Source: an uncultured Chloroflexia bacterium
GTDB lineage: Bacteria; Chloroflexota; Anaerolineae; CG2-30-64-16
Direction of reading: 5' to 3'
NCBI GenBank assembly: GCA_963810095.1
Contig: CAWEMM010000012.1
Span: 96,001 to 160,000, forward strand
Length of the DNA: 64,000 nucleotides
In this document: piece by piece, positions 10,620 through 21,921 of the stretch
How positions within the stretch are numbered: the first letter of the stretch is position 1
Layout: the number at the start of each line of letters is the position of its first letter
Notes under the pieces: model-generated
What the model was told of the DNA's origin: nothing
Seen by the model: only the letters and a program-made list of their open reading frames with translations
Database searches by the model: none
Program-made: the position numbers and the translations under genes

Positions 10620-13078
10620 TGACAGATCACGTCATGCACATGATCGGCAACGCGCACGTCGACCCGGTGTGGCTGTGGCACTGCGAGGAAGGGTGCCACG
10701 AGGTCATGGCCTCCTTCCGCTCCGCGCTCGACCGGATGAACGAGGACCCGGACTTCATCTTCTCGGCCTCGTCGGCCGCGTTCTATGCCTGGGTCGAGCA
10801 GATCAGCCCCGCCATGTTCGAGGAAATCCGCCGCCGCGTCGCAGAAGGCCGCTGGGAGCTGGTCGGTGGGTGGTGGGTGGAGCCGGACTGCAACATCCCA
10901 CACGGCGAGTCGTTTTGCCGGCAGGGGCTCTACGGGCAGCGTTACTTCCAGGAGAAATTCGGCCGGATCGCCCGGGCCGGTTACAACCCCGACAGCTTCG
11001 GCCATGCAGGCTCGCTGCCGCAAATCCTGAAGAAGAGCGGGCTCGACTACTACGTCTTCATGCGGCCCAGCCGCCAGGAGAAGGGCCTCCCCGATTTCCT
11101 CTTCTGGTGGGAGTCGGACGACGGCACCCGCGTCCTCACCTACCGCATTCCCTACGAGTACGGCACGAAGCCCGAGGGCATCGACCTCCACGTGAAGCGG
11201 GTGGCCGCAGAGATGCGGCCGCCGCACACGCACATCATGGCCTTCTACGGCGTGGGTAACCACGGCGGCGGGCCCACACAACAAAACATCGCCTCCATCC
11301 GGCGGCTGGACGGGGCGCCCGGTCTGCCCCACCTGATCTTCAGCCGGGTCGAAGATTACTTTGCCCAGGTCGAGCGCGAGAACCGCGCCCTGCCCGTGAT
11401 CCACGACGACCTGCAGCATCACGCCAGTGGCGCCTACTCGGCCCACTCGGGGATCAAGGCATGGAACCGCCGCGCGGAGCGACTCCTGATGACGGCGGAG
11501 CGGTTCGCCAGCCTGGCCGCGGTGCTGACGGGCGCGCCCTACCCGGCCGAGGAGTTACGCCGTGCGTGGCGCCAGGTGCTGTTCAACCAGTTTCACGATA
11601 TCCTGGCTGGCACCAGTGTGGAGAGCGCTTACGACGACGCCCGGGACATGCTGGGCGAAGCGACCTCCATCGCGGCGCGCGCCCTGAACACTGCTACCCA
11701 GTCGTTGGCGTGGAACATCGTCGTGCCGAGGGTGGACGGCACGAACCCGCTCGTCGTGTTCAATCCCCATGCATGGCCCAGCCGGGGCGTGGTCGATATG
11801 GAGTATGGCATCCTGGCAGAAGACCAGGTGCTTGTCGACGACCAGGGCCGCCTCGTGCCGTTCCAGCGCACGCCGTCTGAGGCCGCGGTGCGCCGCCGCG
11901 ACCGGCTCAACTTCCTGGCGGACCTGCCCTCGCTGGGTTACCGGGTGTACCGTGTGGTTCCGAAAGCCTCCTTGCCCGAACAGGCCATCGAGAACTCCGA
12001 GAGCCTACCGTCCTACGTGGCTGCGGGCGAGAACTGGCTGGAGAACGGGCGCTTCCGCCTCGAGTTTGACACGGAGACGGGGCAGCTGAAGAGCCTGTAC
12101 GACAAGGAGGCAGGCGTCGAGGCGCTGGCGGGCCCTGCGGCAGTGCCGGTCGCCATCGAGGATCGCAGCGACACCTGGAGCCACAACGTCTTTCGCTTCA
12201 CGGGCCCGGCCGAACGCTTCGCGCTGGTATCGCTGACCGTGCTCGCCAACGGCCCCGTGAAAGCGGTCTTGCGCGTCGTCAGCGAGTGTGGGCGCTCACG
12301 GCTGGTGCAGGACTTCACCTTGTACGCGGCGCTGGATCACATCGACGTCTTCTGCACGCTCGACTGGCACGAGCAGTTCAAGATGCTTAAGCTGCTCTTT
12401 CCCATCAACGTCCACTTCCAGACGGCCACGTCGCAGATCCCATACGGGCATATCGTGCGGGAGGTCGACGGCGACGAAGAGCCCGGCGGGGCCTGGCTCG
12501 ATCTTTCGGGTGCGTCCCGGCAGACCGACGAGCCGTACGGCGTCAGCATTCTCAATGACAGCAAGCACAGCTACAGCGTTCACCTGCGCGAGATTGGACT
12601 GACCGTGCTGCGCAGCCCTATCTACGCACACCACGATCCGATGATCCCCGACCCGGACCGCCTCTATTCCTTCGTCGACCAGGGCATCCAGCGCTTTCGC
12701 TACGCGCTCCTGCCACACCGGGGGAGCTGGCAGGAAGCGGAGACGGTGCACCGGGCCGCAGAGATCAACGACCCGCCAGTCCCGCTTGCCGGGAACATGG
12801 GACCGGAGGGTTTTCTCCCGCTCGCCGGCGCGTTCCTCGAGGTGGAGCCGGGCAATGTGGTTGCGCAGGTGCTCAAGCAGGCCGAGGACGGGGACGGGCT
12901 CGTGGTCCGGCTCTACGAGACGGCGGGCGAAACCGCCCGGGCAACGGTCCGCCTCTCTCACCTCGGGCGGGAGTTCGAGGCGGACTTCGCGCCCAGCGAG
13001 ATCAAGACGTTTCTGCTGCCGCACGACGCTGCCCTGCCCGTACGCGAGGTCAACATCCTCGAATGGGAAATGAGATAG
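10619..13078 (+). CDS. GH38 alpha-mannosidase
   Basis: HMIGNAHVDPVWLW, YNPDSFGH, GVGNHGGGPT, NQFHDILAG. Confidence 0.92.
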   Translation: MTDHVMHMIGNAHVDPVWLWHCEEGCHEVMASFRSALDRMNEDPDFIFSASSAAFYAWVEQISPAMFEEIRRRVAEGRWELVGGWWVEPDCNIPHGESFCRQGLYGQRYFQEKFGRIARAGYNPDSFGHAGSLPQILKKSGLDYYVFMRPSRQEKGLPDFLFWWESDDGTRVLTYRIPYEYGTKPEGIDLHVKRVAAEMRPPHTHIMAFYGVGNHGGGPTQQNIASIRRLDGAPGLPHLIFSRVEDYFAQVERENRALPVIHDDLQHHASGAYSAHSGIKAWNRRAERLLMTAERFASLAAVLTGAPYPAEELRRAWRQVLFNQFHDILAGTSVESAYDDARDMLGEATSIAARALNTATQSLAWNIVVPRVDGTNPLVVFNPHAWPSRGVVDMEYGILAEDQVLVDDQGRLVPFQRTPSEAAVRRRDRLNFLADLPSLGYRVYRVVPKASLPEQAIENSESLPSYVAAGENWLENGRFRLEFDTETGQLKSLYDKEAGVEALAGPAAVPVAIEDRSDTWSHNVFRFTGPAERFALVSLTVLANGPVKAVLRVVSECGRSRLVQDFTLYAALDHIDVFCTLDWHEQFKMLKLLFPINVHFQTATSQIPYGHIVREVDGDEEPGGAWLDLSGASRQTDEPYGVSILNDSKHSYSVHLREIGLTVLRSPIYAHHDPMIPDPDRLYSFVDQGIQRFRYALLPHRGSWQEAETVHRAAEINDPPVPLAGNMGPEGFLPLAGAFLEVEPGNVVAQVLKQAEDGDGLVVRLYETAGETARATVRLSHLGREFEADFAPSEIKTFLLPHDAALPVREVNILEWEMR

Positions 13079-13079
13079 A

Positions 13080-13166
13080 GACCAAACATGAAGGACCAAA
13101 GAACCAAAGGTTCGGGAAGTTCTCCGCAAGCTTTGTGAAACTTGGTGTCCTTTGGTTCTTGCTGTG
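13080..13166. repeat. Periodic palindromic intergenic element (CAAAG/CTTTG type)
   Basis: Left arm aaggaccaaagaaccaaag, right arm ctttgtg..cttggtgtcctttggttctt; 8-10 nt period; directly after a stop codon. Confidence 0.6.
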
Positions 13167-13183
13167 ATAGGGAATCGCATCCC

Positions 13184-16100
13184 ATGAAGTTCTTTACGGT
13201 GCAGAAGATCGAGCGGCTGCTGCGCGAGGTGCAGGCCGCGGTCTACCGGGGCGTCCTCAACATCCCCAACTGGAAAGCGATCGAAGTCGACGTGACGGGC
13301 GCGGAAGCCCCGGATTTTGACGACAGCGGCTGGCGCGACTTCCGGCTGGGGGATGCGTGGGGCGGATATGACGTCGTGGCCTGGTTTCGCACCCGGGTGC
13401 CGATTCCCCACGATTGGCGCCCGAGCGGGGGTCAGGGCCGCAAGCTGGCACTCTCCTTTCTGGTGGGCCCGCGGGAAGAAGGCAACTCGACCGCCGAGAC
13501 CCTGCTTTATGTCAACGGACAGCCCCTACAGGCCATCGACCGGTGGCACGAGGAAGCCTGGCTGCCACCCGAGCTGACCGGCGACGGCGAGCTGTGCCTG
13601 GCGCTGCGGGCTTGGAGCGGCGTGCTCGAGGTGCCCCCCGTGCGCCACTTCCGCCGCGCCCAGCTCGTCTGGATCGACGAGAACGCGGAGCGGCTGGCCG
13701 GCCTGACCGACATCCTGCTCCGGGCGATACGAGATCTGCCGGAGAACGACCTGCGCCGGCACATGTTCCTGGCAGCTCTGCACCGGGTTTACCTCGACAT
13801 CGACTTCGCGGCCTCTCGCCCCGACCAACAGGCGCCCGGCCTTGCGGTGACGTACACGGAACGGTTCTACGACACCGTACGTGCGGCGGTCCGCGTCCTC
13901 TCCGCGGAGCTGGAAGTGTGGCACGGCACGCGCGAGCTCAAGCCGGTGATCACGGCCATCGGGCACGCCCACATCGACCTGGCGTGGCTGTGGCGGCTGA
14001 AGCACTCGCGAGAAGGCCAGCCGCACCTTCAGCACCGCGCTGCACCTCATGCGCCAGTTTCCCGAATACCGTTTCATGCACTCGGCGCCGCAAGCGTACA
14101 AGTTTCTGAAACAAGACTACCCGGACATTTTCGAGCGGGTGAAGGCGCGCATCGCCGAGGGCCGCTGGGAGGTGACGGGCGGCATGTGGGTGGAAGCCGA
14201 CACGAACCTGATCGGCAGCGAGTCGCTGGTGCGCCAGTTCCTGTACGGCATGCGCTACGTGCAAGACGAGTTCGGCGTCGACATGCGGGTGCTGTGGCTG
14301 CCCGACGCGTTCGGCTACTCCTACGCCCTGCCCCAGGTCGCCAGCCAGAGCGGCATCCGCTATTTCGTCACGAGCAAGATCAGCTGGAGCCAGTTCAACC
14401 GCTTCCCCAATGACACGTTCCGGTGGCGCGGGCTCGACGGCACGGAGCTGCTGTCGCACTTCATCACCACGCCCGAGATCGAGAGCCCGGGCAGCGCACA
14501 CACCTACAACGGCCAGATCACCCCGCGTGAGGTCAAGGGCATCTGGGAGAACTACCGGCAGAAGGACATCAACGAAGAACTGCTGATGCTGTTCGGCTGG
14601 GGCGACGGCGGCGGCGGCCCGACCCGGGAAATGCTGGAGCGCGCCGGGGTGCTGCGCAACCTGCCGGGCTACCCCGCGGTCGAGCTGGGGAAGGCCGAGC
14701 CCTTCTTCGACCGGCTGGCCGACCGGCTGCGGGGTGAGGACGTGCCGGTGTGGGACGGCGAACTGTACCTCGAGATCCACCGCGGCACTTACACCTCGCA
14801 GGCGTTCCTGAAGCGTGCGAACCGCAAGGCCGAGATCCTCTACCACGACGCGGAATGGCTCAGCAGCCTGGCCGACGTGCTGCTGGGCCAATCCGAGTAC
14901 CCGATGGACGCGCTGCGCGAGGGCTGGGAAGCCATCCTGCTCCACCAGTTCCACGATATCCTGCCCGGCTCCTCCATCCGGCAGGTCTACGAAGACGCGG
15001 CGCGGGCGTACGAGCGGATCGAGTCGATCGGGTGGCAGACGCAGACCGCGGCGCTCGACCGGATCGCGTGGAGCGTCGGGACCGCAGGCGAGTCGTTGAT
15101 TGCGTTCAACCCGCTTTCCTGGACCCGCGACGACGTCGCTGGCGCTGCCTTGGGATGCGGAACGGCCGGCGATGACCGTTAGGGGCAATGACGGGCTTCC
15201 GGCGCGATGCCAGGTTGTGAAAGAGGGCAGCGAAACCCGCCTCCTGGTCGAGGTCGAAGGCGTGCCCTCGCTCGGCTACCGTGCCTACCCACTGGTCGAA
15301 CCCGCCGGCGGTCCCGCTGCACCGGCGGGGCGCCCCGAGCCGAGTCACGCGGGGGGTTCCGGGGTGGCCGGAGTCGAACGATGCCCAGGGGCACGCTGCC
15401 GCCGTTTCAGTTACCCCGGAGCGACTCGAGAATGCGTTTTGGCGCATCCAGCTCAACCGGGCGGGCCAGATCAGCTCGCTTTACGACAAGCAGGCGGGGC
15501 GCGAGGTGCTGGCGCCGTTCGGCCGGCCGGCCGACCGCGGCGAGCCGGGCGAAGCTCGCGGCAACGTCTTCCAGGCCTTCGAAGACAAGCCGATGAACTT
15601 CGACGCGTGGGACATCGATATCTATTACCAGGAGAAGATGTCGGAAATCAACAGCTTGCAGGAGGCCGTGGTCGAAGAGAACGGCCCGGTGCGCGGGGTT
15701 CTCCGGCTGACCTGGCGCTACGGGAGCTCCACCATCCGGCAGCGCCTGACGATCTATCGCCGCTCGCCGCGGATCGACTTCCGCACGGAGGTGGACTGGT
15801 GGGAGCAGCAGGTCCTGCTTAAGGTCGCCTTCCCGGTCGCGGTGCGTTCGACCCGCGCCACCTACGAGATCCAGTGGGGCTCGATCGAGCGGCCGACACA
15901 CTGGAACACGTCATGGGACTACGCCCGGTTCGAGGTGGTCGGCCACAAGTGGGCCGACCTGTCAGAAGGCGGCTACGGCGTAAGCCTGCTGAACGACTGC
16001 AAGTACGGGCATGATATCAGGGGCAACACGCTGCGGCTGACCCTGCTCAAGTCGGCGCTGCGACCGGATGCGGCGGCGGACAAGGGCCGCCACACCTTCA

Positions 16101-16533
16101 CGTACTGCCTGCTGCCGCATGGGGGCGACTGGCGCGAGGGGGGACAGTTCACGAGGCGTATGCGCTCAACCATCCCCTGTTGGCTGCGCTAACGGGCCCT
16201 CAGGACGGCCCCTTGTCTCCCCAGCACAGCTTCGTCTCCGTCAGCGCCGACCACGTCATCGTCGAGACGGTCAAGCGGGCGGAGGATCGCGCACCGAGCG
16301 GCGGGCCGGGCAACGGGGATGGCTCAGAAGTGAACGCGTGGATCGTGCGAGTCTACGACTGGCAGCAGCGGCGCAGCAGCGGCGTCCGCCTGAAATTCGG
16401 CAGCACCGTGCGCCATGCGGTAGCGTGCAACCTCATCGAGAAGGCCGAAGCGCCGGCCCGCTATGAGGGCAACGACATCATCTTCGACATCAAGCCGTTC
16501 GAGATCAAGACGTTCAAGGTTTGGCTCAGTTAG
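13184..16533 (+). CDS. Second, longer GH38 alpha-mannosidase (frameshifts near 14010, 15140, 15370 and 16140)
   Basis: HAHIDLAWLW, WLPDAFGYS, GWGDGGGGPT, ELYLEIHRGTYTS, HQFHDILPGS, RPTHWNTSWD spread over successive frames. Confidence 0.9.
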
Positions 16534-16562
16534 GAACGGCGGAGGTCCGATTTCTAGCCCGG

Positions 16563-16665
16563 AATGGGACACTGATTGAACTGATGAGACTGATCTGCCT
16601 GATCTGTTCAGAAAGACGGCGCAAATCGGTTCAATCAGTTCAATCAGTTCTATCTGCGTCCCATT
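16563..16665. repeat. 9-nt-periodic palindromic element (CTGAT/ATCAG type)
   Basis: Termini aatgggac...gtcccatt; CTGAT at 16572/81/90/99; ATCNG at 16625/34/43/52. Confidence 0.85.
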
Positions 16666-16678
16666 TCACCTCTCGTGG

Positions 16679-16742
16679 CTCGCCGAGCGGGGGCCCGCCA
16701 AGCGGGGGCCCGCCAAGCGGGGTGCCCGCCGGGCGGGGGCCC
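16679..16742. repeat. 15-bp tandem repeat, ~4 copies (cccgccaagcggggg)
   Basis: Units visible at 16679, 16694, 16709 and 16725; each unit is self-complementary (cccgc-caa-gcggg). Confidence 0.85.
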
Positions 16743-16776
16743 AGATGCCGGGACGAAGCTGGTTTCTCGAGCTCAC

Positions 16777-17658
16777 TCATCCGCGCTCGAACACCAGCAC
16801 GTCTTCCTTCCCGTCCTGCCAGGCCTCAAAGCCGGCCGACTGGAGCAGGCCCAGCGTCGGGAGCGCCGCGCCGTCCCGGCAGGGGACCATCGCCTCCACG
16901 TTCTTCTCGTCCGTGAGCAACGTCAGCCCGTGCCCGATCAGCTCGGCCAGCGCCGCCGGCTCTCCATCGACGAAATCAAAGCTGAGAGACGCCGGACCGT
17001 GCGGCGTGGGGTCGCCGAGGCAAACCAGCCCGACTAACCGGCCGTCGACGCGGATGCCCAGCCGGTGCGCCATTCTGTGAATCGCAAGCTCGGGCCCTCT
17101 GCCGAAAGGATAGAAGCGCCACGAATGCGGCAGGAAGCCTTTGCCGGCTGCCAGCGCATCGGAGCGGGCCACAAACGCGATCGCTTCGGCCATCGGAACG
17201 GACTCGGCGCGGGGCGACCGGACGGCGAACGGCCGCACCGCTTCTGCAGCGGCACTGCACGCGGCAAACCCGGCGGCCTTGCGGAACCCGTAGCCGGCCG
17301 ACACACGCTGCGAGGCGTCGTTATCCAGGTAGGTCGATAGCCCCATCCGTTCGACGCCGTCCGCTTCGGCCAGCTCGACCAGGTAGCCGGTGATGGCCTT
17401 GGCAATTCCACGACCCTGCAGCCCCGCATCGACGCGCAGACCCTCGAACCAGGCGTAGCCGGGGAACGTCCGGTCGTAGCGGGCGAGGCCGGCGACGCGG
17501 CCCTCCAGCACCGCGACGATGAGGCGGGCCTCAGGGGCGGTCAGCCACTGGTCGATGACGTCGGGAATGTAGTCATCCCCCTCCCAGGTCTGGGCAGCAA
17601 TTTCGAGGATGCGGGCCCGGTCCGCGGGGGTGGCAGTGCGAAATACAAGCTGGTCCAT
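16777..17658 (-). CDS. GNAT family N-acetyltransferase
   Basis: FRTATPADR, WEGDDYIP, WFEGLRVD..QGRGIA acetyl-CoA motif. Confidence 0.85.
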   Translation of the reverse strand: MDQLVFRTATPADRARILEIAAQTWEGDDYIPDVIDQWLTAPEARLIVAVLEGRVAGLARYDRTFPGYAWFEGLRVDAGLQGRGIAKAITGYLVELAEADGVERMGLSTYLDNDASQRVSAGYGFRKAAGFAACSAAAEAVRPFAVRSPRAESVPMAEAIAFVARSDALAAGKGFLPHSWRFYPFGRGPELAIHRMAHRLGIRVDGRLVGLVCLGDPTPHGPASLSFDFVDGEPAALAELIGHGLTLLTDEKNVEAMVPCRDGAALPTLGLLQSAGFEAWQDGKEDVLVFERG

Positions 17659-17695
17659 GGCCTGTAGTATACTATCCTTGTGACCACGCGCAACG

Positions 17696-19887
17696 ATGCC
17701 GAACTCAACACCCTCATTCGCACTACCCGCGACCTGGTACGCGGACGCGCTGCGCCCCGATCTTGACCTGGACGCATTCCTCGCCGAAGTGCTGCGCCGC
17801 ACACGTGAAATCACCCCGTTTGACGTCGGTTGGCTCCTCCTGCGGGAAGGGGATCGGGTTCGCATCCGCGCCGCGGACGAGGCGCACCTGGGCGACGTCG
17901 GCATGTCCTTTCCCGTGGGCGACTGCGTCAGTGGGCAAAGCATGCTGCGCCGCGCGCCGATCTTCATCCCCGACCTGGCCGAAATGCCCGCGGACCTGCG
18001 CCGCGTGTACAAGCCCTCGCGCAGCACCGCCCGCGACATGCGCAGCGAACTGGTGGTGCCCCTTCTGATCAATGATGGCGCCGAGGAACGCGCGCTGGGC
18101 GCGCTCAACATCGAGAGCCCCGACGTCGGCGCATTTGCAGCCGAGCAGATCGAAGTCCTCCGCCTGTTGGCCGATCACGCCGCGCTGGCCATCGAGCTGG
18201 CCCGCTCGCGGCAGGAAGCCGCCGCGCTGAGCGCGATCAGCCTGCAGCTGGCGCGGCGAGACCGAGCTGGGCGACATCGTGCGAACCGTGCTCGAGCGCG
18301 CCCTCGGGCTGGTGGGCGGCCGGTTCGGCCAAATCCTGCTCACCGAGGGCAGCGCGGAGCTCGGCGGCGACCTGGTCGTCCACTACACGACCAACACCCC
18401 ACCCGCGAGCTCGGGCTGCGCTTTGGCCTGCACGACTCGGTGAGCGGCCTGGCCGTCCACGAGCGCCGGCCCGTCATCGTGCCCGACGTATCGCAGCCGG
18501 CCTACTACGTCGTCGAGCGGGTGGGACAGGGCCGGCCCCCGCGGCTCGCGCCGCGCGCAGCCGCACGGCCCCAGTACCAGCGAGTGCTGGAGCGCGAGAA
18601 GGAACGCATTCGGGCGGAGTTCGCCGCGCCGCTGTGGGACGGCGCCCGGTCGACCATCGTCGGCATCCTCAACGTCGAGACGCCGCGCGAGGAGGGCTTT
18701 TCGGAGGAGCAGCGGGCGAAGCTGGCCGCCCTGGGGAAACGCGCGGCAACGCTTTCTGCGACGCGCTGCTCCACGCCGACCCTGCGTCGCTGCGCACACT
18801 CCTCGACGAGGCGCTGCTGCTCGGCGCGACGACCTTCGGCCAACTGCTCGACCTTGACGGGGAGCAACTGATGATCGTCACGACCACAGGCGGCGAACCG
18901 GTAGGGACCCGCGTTTCCGTGGTCGAGTCGGTCAGCGGCGAGGTGCTGGCGCGACGCGCGCCCTACTACGTGCCCGACGTGGACGCGGAACCCCGCTACT
19001 GCCGCTACCTGGGCGAGGAGATGAAGAGCGAGCTTGCCGTGCCGCTGCTGAGCGGCGACTCGGTATTGGGCGTGCTGAACCTCGAAAGCCCCGCGCCCGG
19101 CTTCTTCACCGCCGAGCATGCCCAAATCCTCCAAGCACTAGCCGGGCAGGCTGCGCTGGCGGTCGAGCGTGCCCGGCGGTTCGAGGTCGAGCGACTGGCC
19201 GCCATCGGCGGGCTGGCGGGCGATATCGTGCACCGGCTGAACAACCCCCTCGGCGCGCTCAGCGGCTGGCTCGACTTGCTCAAGCGCAAGGACTTCTACG
19301 CTAAACTGGTGGCCGAATACCCTTATGTCGAGCAGTACGTGGCGCGCTCGGAACGCGACATCGGCCGTGCGAAGGCCATCGTGCAGGAGCTCCGCACGGA
19401 GCTCAAGCGCCGCGCTCCCACGCCGGTGATCCTGCAGGCGGCGATCGTCGAAGCGCTCACGCGGGCGGGCCTGAGCCAGCCGGGCGAGCCGGGTGCCGGG
19501 CCCGTGCGGGTCGACGCTGCGCTCCCACCCGAGCCGGTACGAGTGCTGGCTGGGCCCAGCCTCGCGGGGATTTTCTGGAACCTGGTGGACAACGCGGCAA
19601 AGGCCATGCGCGACGGCGGCACGCTGACGATTTCCGTCACCCCCGGGCCTGGCGCGGACCGGGTGACCGTGGAAGTGCGCGACACCGGCGTGGGTATCGA
19701 ACCGTGGCGCCTGGCCTCGATCTTTGAGCCCGGCGCGTCGACCACATCAAACAGCTATGCGCCGGCCCACGGGTTGGGCCTGTGGTGGACGAAGGGCCAG
19801 GTCGAAGGCTACGGCGGAACCATCGAGGTAACCAGCCAGCCCGGCGAAGGCACGCGTTTCAGGCTGAGGCTGCGAACAACAGGATAA
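17696..19887 (+). CDS. Multi-GAF sensor histidine kinase (frameshifts near 18260, 18400 and 18740)
   Basis: Repeated SELVVPL..GALNIES GAF ends; H-box GDIVHRLNNPL; NLVDNA, DTGVGI, GLGLW. Confidence 0.85.
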
Positions 19888-19895
19888 AAATTCCT

Positions 19896-19974
19896 GCCAC
19901 AGAGGACAGCGAGGACCGGGAGACCGCCGGAGCGGGACGAAGGTCAGTGTGCGCGCCGGCGAAAACTCTGTGGC
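19896..19974. repeat. Degenerate periodic palindromic element (CAGAG/CTCTG type)
   Basis: Termini gccacagag...ctctgtggc; GAG at 19902/11/20; just after the kinase stop codon. Confidence 0.55.
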
Positions 19975-20011
19975 CGAGACCGTTTTCCAGCGACCGGAGG
20001 AGACCATTTTG

Positions 20012-20839
20012 ATGATACCGAATCGCATTCTCGTCATCGACGACGACCCTTCCTGGCAGGAGCTGCTGGCCGAGAGCATCGAGGCCGCCAACGCCGTCCC
20101 GCCGGGCGAGCTCATGCTCCAGGTGGCCCGCACGTTTGCGGAAGCGGACGCGCTGCTCGACCGGCAGCACTTTCACCTGGCATTCGTCGACCTGCGCCTC
20201 AAGGAAGATGAGCGCGAGCTGACCGGCAAGCGCATCGCGGAGAAGATCACCCGGAAGGACGAAGGCACGTGTGTGGTGATCGTGACCGGCCATGCAGACG
20301 TCGGCACTGCCATCACCGCGCTGCGCGAGTGGAACGTGCTCGACTTCGTGCTCAAGGACGAGTGGGACGCGGACAAGGTGGCCCACCTGGTGCGGGCGGG
20401 GCTGGCACAGGCGCGGCTGAGTTACCGGAGCAAATACGAGTCGAGCGTCGACCTGCTGCGCGGGCCGCAGGACATCTACTCCTGGCTGGCCGCCACGCTC
20501 AACCTGTTCGCGCCGGCCAACGAGGTGGACCGCCCGGACCGCCGGCTGGCCGATTTCCTGAATAAGCTGCTCGACGGCCTGCACCCGCTGCTGCCCGCAG
20601 AGGGCGCGTCGGGCCTTGAGCTGGACAGCGCCCGGCGCATCGCGACTGCCCGGTTCTGGAGCAAGGCGCTCGGCGCCCCGATCAGCCTCCTCATGAGCCG
20701 GACGCGCGGCTTCGACACGGAGACCGGCGCGAGCATCGGCTTCAACCGGCCCGAGCGCGTGCTCGAAGAGCCGGCGCTTGGCCTGGTCGCCGCAATCAGC
20801 ACGCCGGCGGTCCCGCACTTTGACAGCTTCGCCTGCTGA
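20012..20839 (+). CDS. Response regulator with unrecognised C-terminal domain
   Basis: ILVIDDD, LAFVDLRL, VIVTG, DFVLK receiver motifs; GGAGGA RBS. Confidence 0.85.
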   Translation: MIPNRILVIDDDPSWQELLAESIEAANAVPPGELMLQVARTFAEADALLDRQHFHLAFVDLRLKEDERELTGKRIAEKITRKDEGTCVVIVTGHADVGTAITALREWNVLDFVLKDEWDADKVAHLVRAGLAQARLSYRSKYESSVDLLRGPQDIYSWLAATLNLFAPANEVDRPDRRLADFLNKLLDGLHPLLPAEGASGLELDSARRIATARFWSKALGAPISLLMSRTRGFDTETGASIGFNRPERVLEEPALGLVAAISTPAVPHFDSFAC

Positions 20840-20858
20840 GCGCTAATGGAGACATCCC

Positions 20859-21821
20859 ATGTCATCACTCGATAATCCCCGCATCCTCATCACCGGCGGC
20901 TGCGGTCAAATCGGGACCGAGTTGACCACGGCCCTCCGACGCGCGCTATGGCGACGCCAACGTCGTCGTGACGGACCTTCAGCCCCTGCCCCCCGCCTGG
21001 CCCAGTGCGGCCCCGGCGAGCGCCTGGATGTGACCGACCGCGACGCGCTTGCCGCGCTGGTCGGCAAGTACCACATCGACACCATCTACCACCTCGCCGC
21101 AATCCTCTCGGCCACCGGCGAAGAGAAGCCGCGCCTGGCATGGACGGTCAACATCGGCGGGCTATACAACGTGCTCGAGGTGGCACGCGAGTTGGGCGTC
21201 CGCCGCGTCTATCACCCGTCCTCGATTGCCGCGTTCGGACCCGAGACGCCGAAGGACCAGACGCCCCAGGAGACGGTGCTGCGGCCCACCACCATGTACG
21301 GGGTGACAAAGGTAAGCGGCGAGATGCTAGGGGCTTACTATCACCGGCGTTTCGGGCTCGACGTGCGCGGGATCCGCTACCCGGGCGTGATCTCGAGCGA
21401 GACGCCGCCGGGCGGCGGCACGACCGACTACGCGGTGGCCATCTTCTACGAGGCGATCCTGCATGGGCGCTACACGTGCTTCGTTCGCGAGGACACCGTG
21501 TTGCCCATGATCTACATGCCCGACTGCATCCGGGCGACGTTGGAGCTGATGGAGGCGGACGCGGGGAATCTGAAGCATGCGGCGGAGTACAACCTGGCCG
21601 CGCTCACCTTTTCGGCGGGAGAGTTGGCGGCGGCGATCAAAGCGCGAATGCCGCACTTCGAGGTGGAGTACAAGCCCGACTTCCGCCAGCAGATCGCGGA
21701 CTCGTGGCCGCGGACGATCGATGACTCGGCCGCCCGCGAGGAATGGGGCTGGCAGCCGCAGTACGACCTGGGCGCCATGGTCGATGATATGCTCGAGAAG
21801 TTGGGCCAGAAACTGAAGTAG
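20859..21821 (+). CDS. SDR-type L-threonine 3-dehydrogenase / NAD-dependent epimerase
   Basis: ITGGCGQIG, HLAAILSATGE, PSSIAAFG, MYGVTK, PGGGTTDYAV, RQQIADSWP. Probable compensating frameshifts near 20938 and 20995. Confidence 0.85.
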   Translation: MSSLDNPRILITGGCGQIGTELTTALRRALWRRQRRRDGPSAPAPRLAQCGPGERLDVTDRDALAALVGKYHIDTIYHLAAILSATGEEKPRLAWTVNIGGLYNVLEVARELGVRRVYHPSSIAAFGPETPKDQTPQETVLRPTTMYGVTKVSGEMLGAYYHRRFGLDVRGIRYPGVISSETPPGGGTTDYAVAIFYEAILHGRYTCFVREDTVLPMIYMPDCIRATLELMEADAGNLKHAAEYNLAALTFSAGELAAAIKARMPHFEVEYKPDFRQQIADSWPRTIDDSAAREEWGWQPQYDLGAMVDDMLEKLGQKLK

Positions 21822-21832
21822 ACGACGAGGCC

Positions 21833-21911
21833 GCCACGAATTTCACGAATGACACGAATTCTACACACCGGGGCAATTCGGGTAATTCGTCAAATTCGAG
21901 GAATTCGTGGC
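21833..21911. repeat. 9-nt-periodic palindromic element (CGAAT/ATTCG type)
   Basis: gccacgaatt...aattcgtggc; ACGAAT at 21836/45/54; ATTCG at 21876/85/94/903. Confidence 0.85.
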
Positions 21912-21921
21912 AGCCTCGCAT

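Noticed and set aside
16563-16742. Possible CRISPR array
   Set aside because: Units are 9 or 15 bp with no unique 25-45 bp spacers, and no cas genes are in the window.
16521-16916. ORFs containing SVQSVQSV or FVKFVEFV repeats (also 22506-22760 and 21512-21868)
   Set aside because: Translation artefacts of the 9-nt periodic palindromes.
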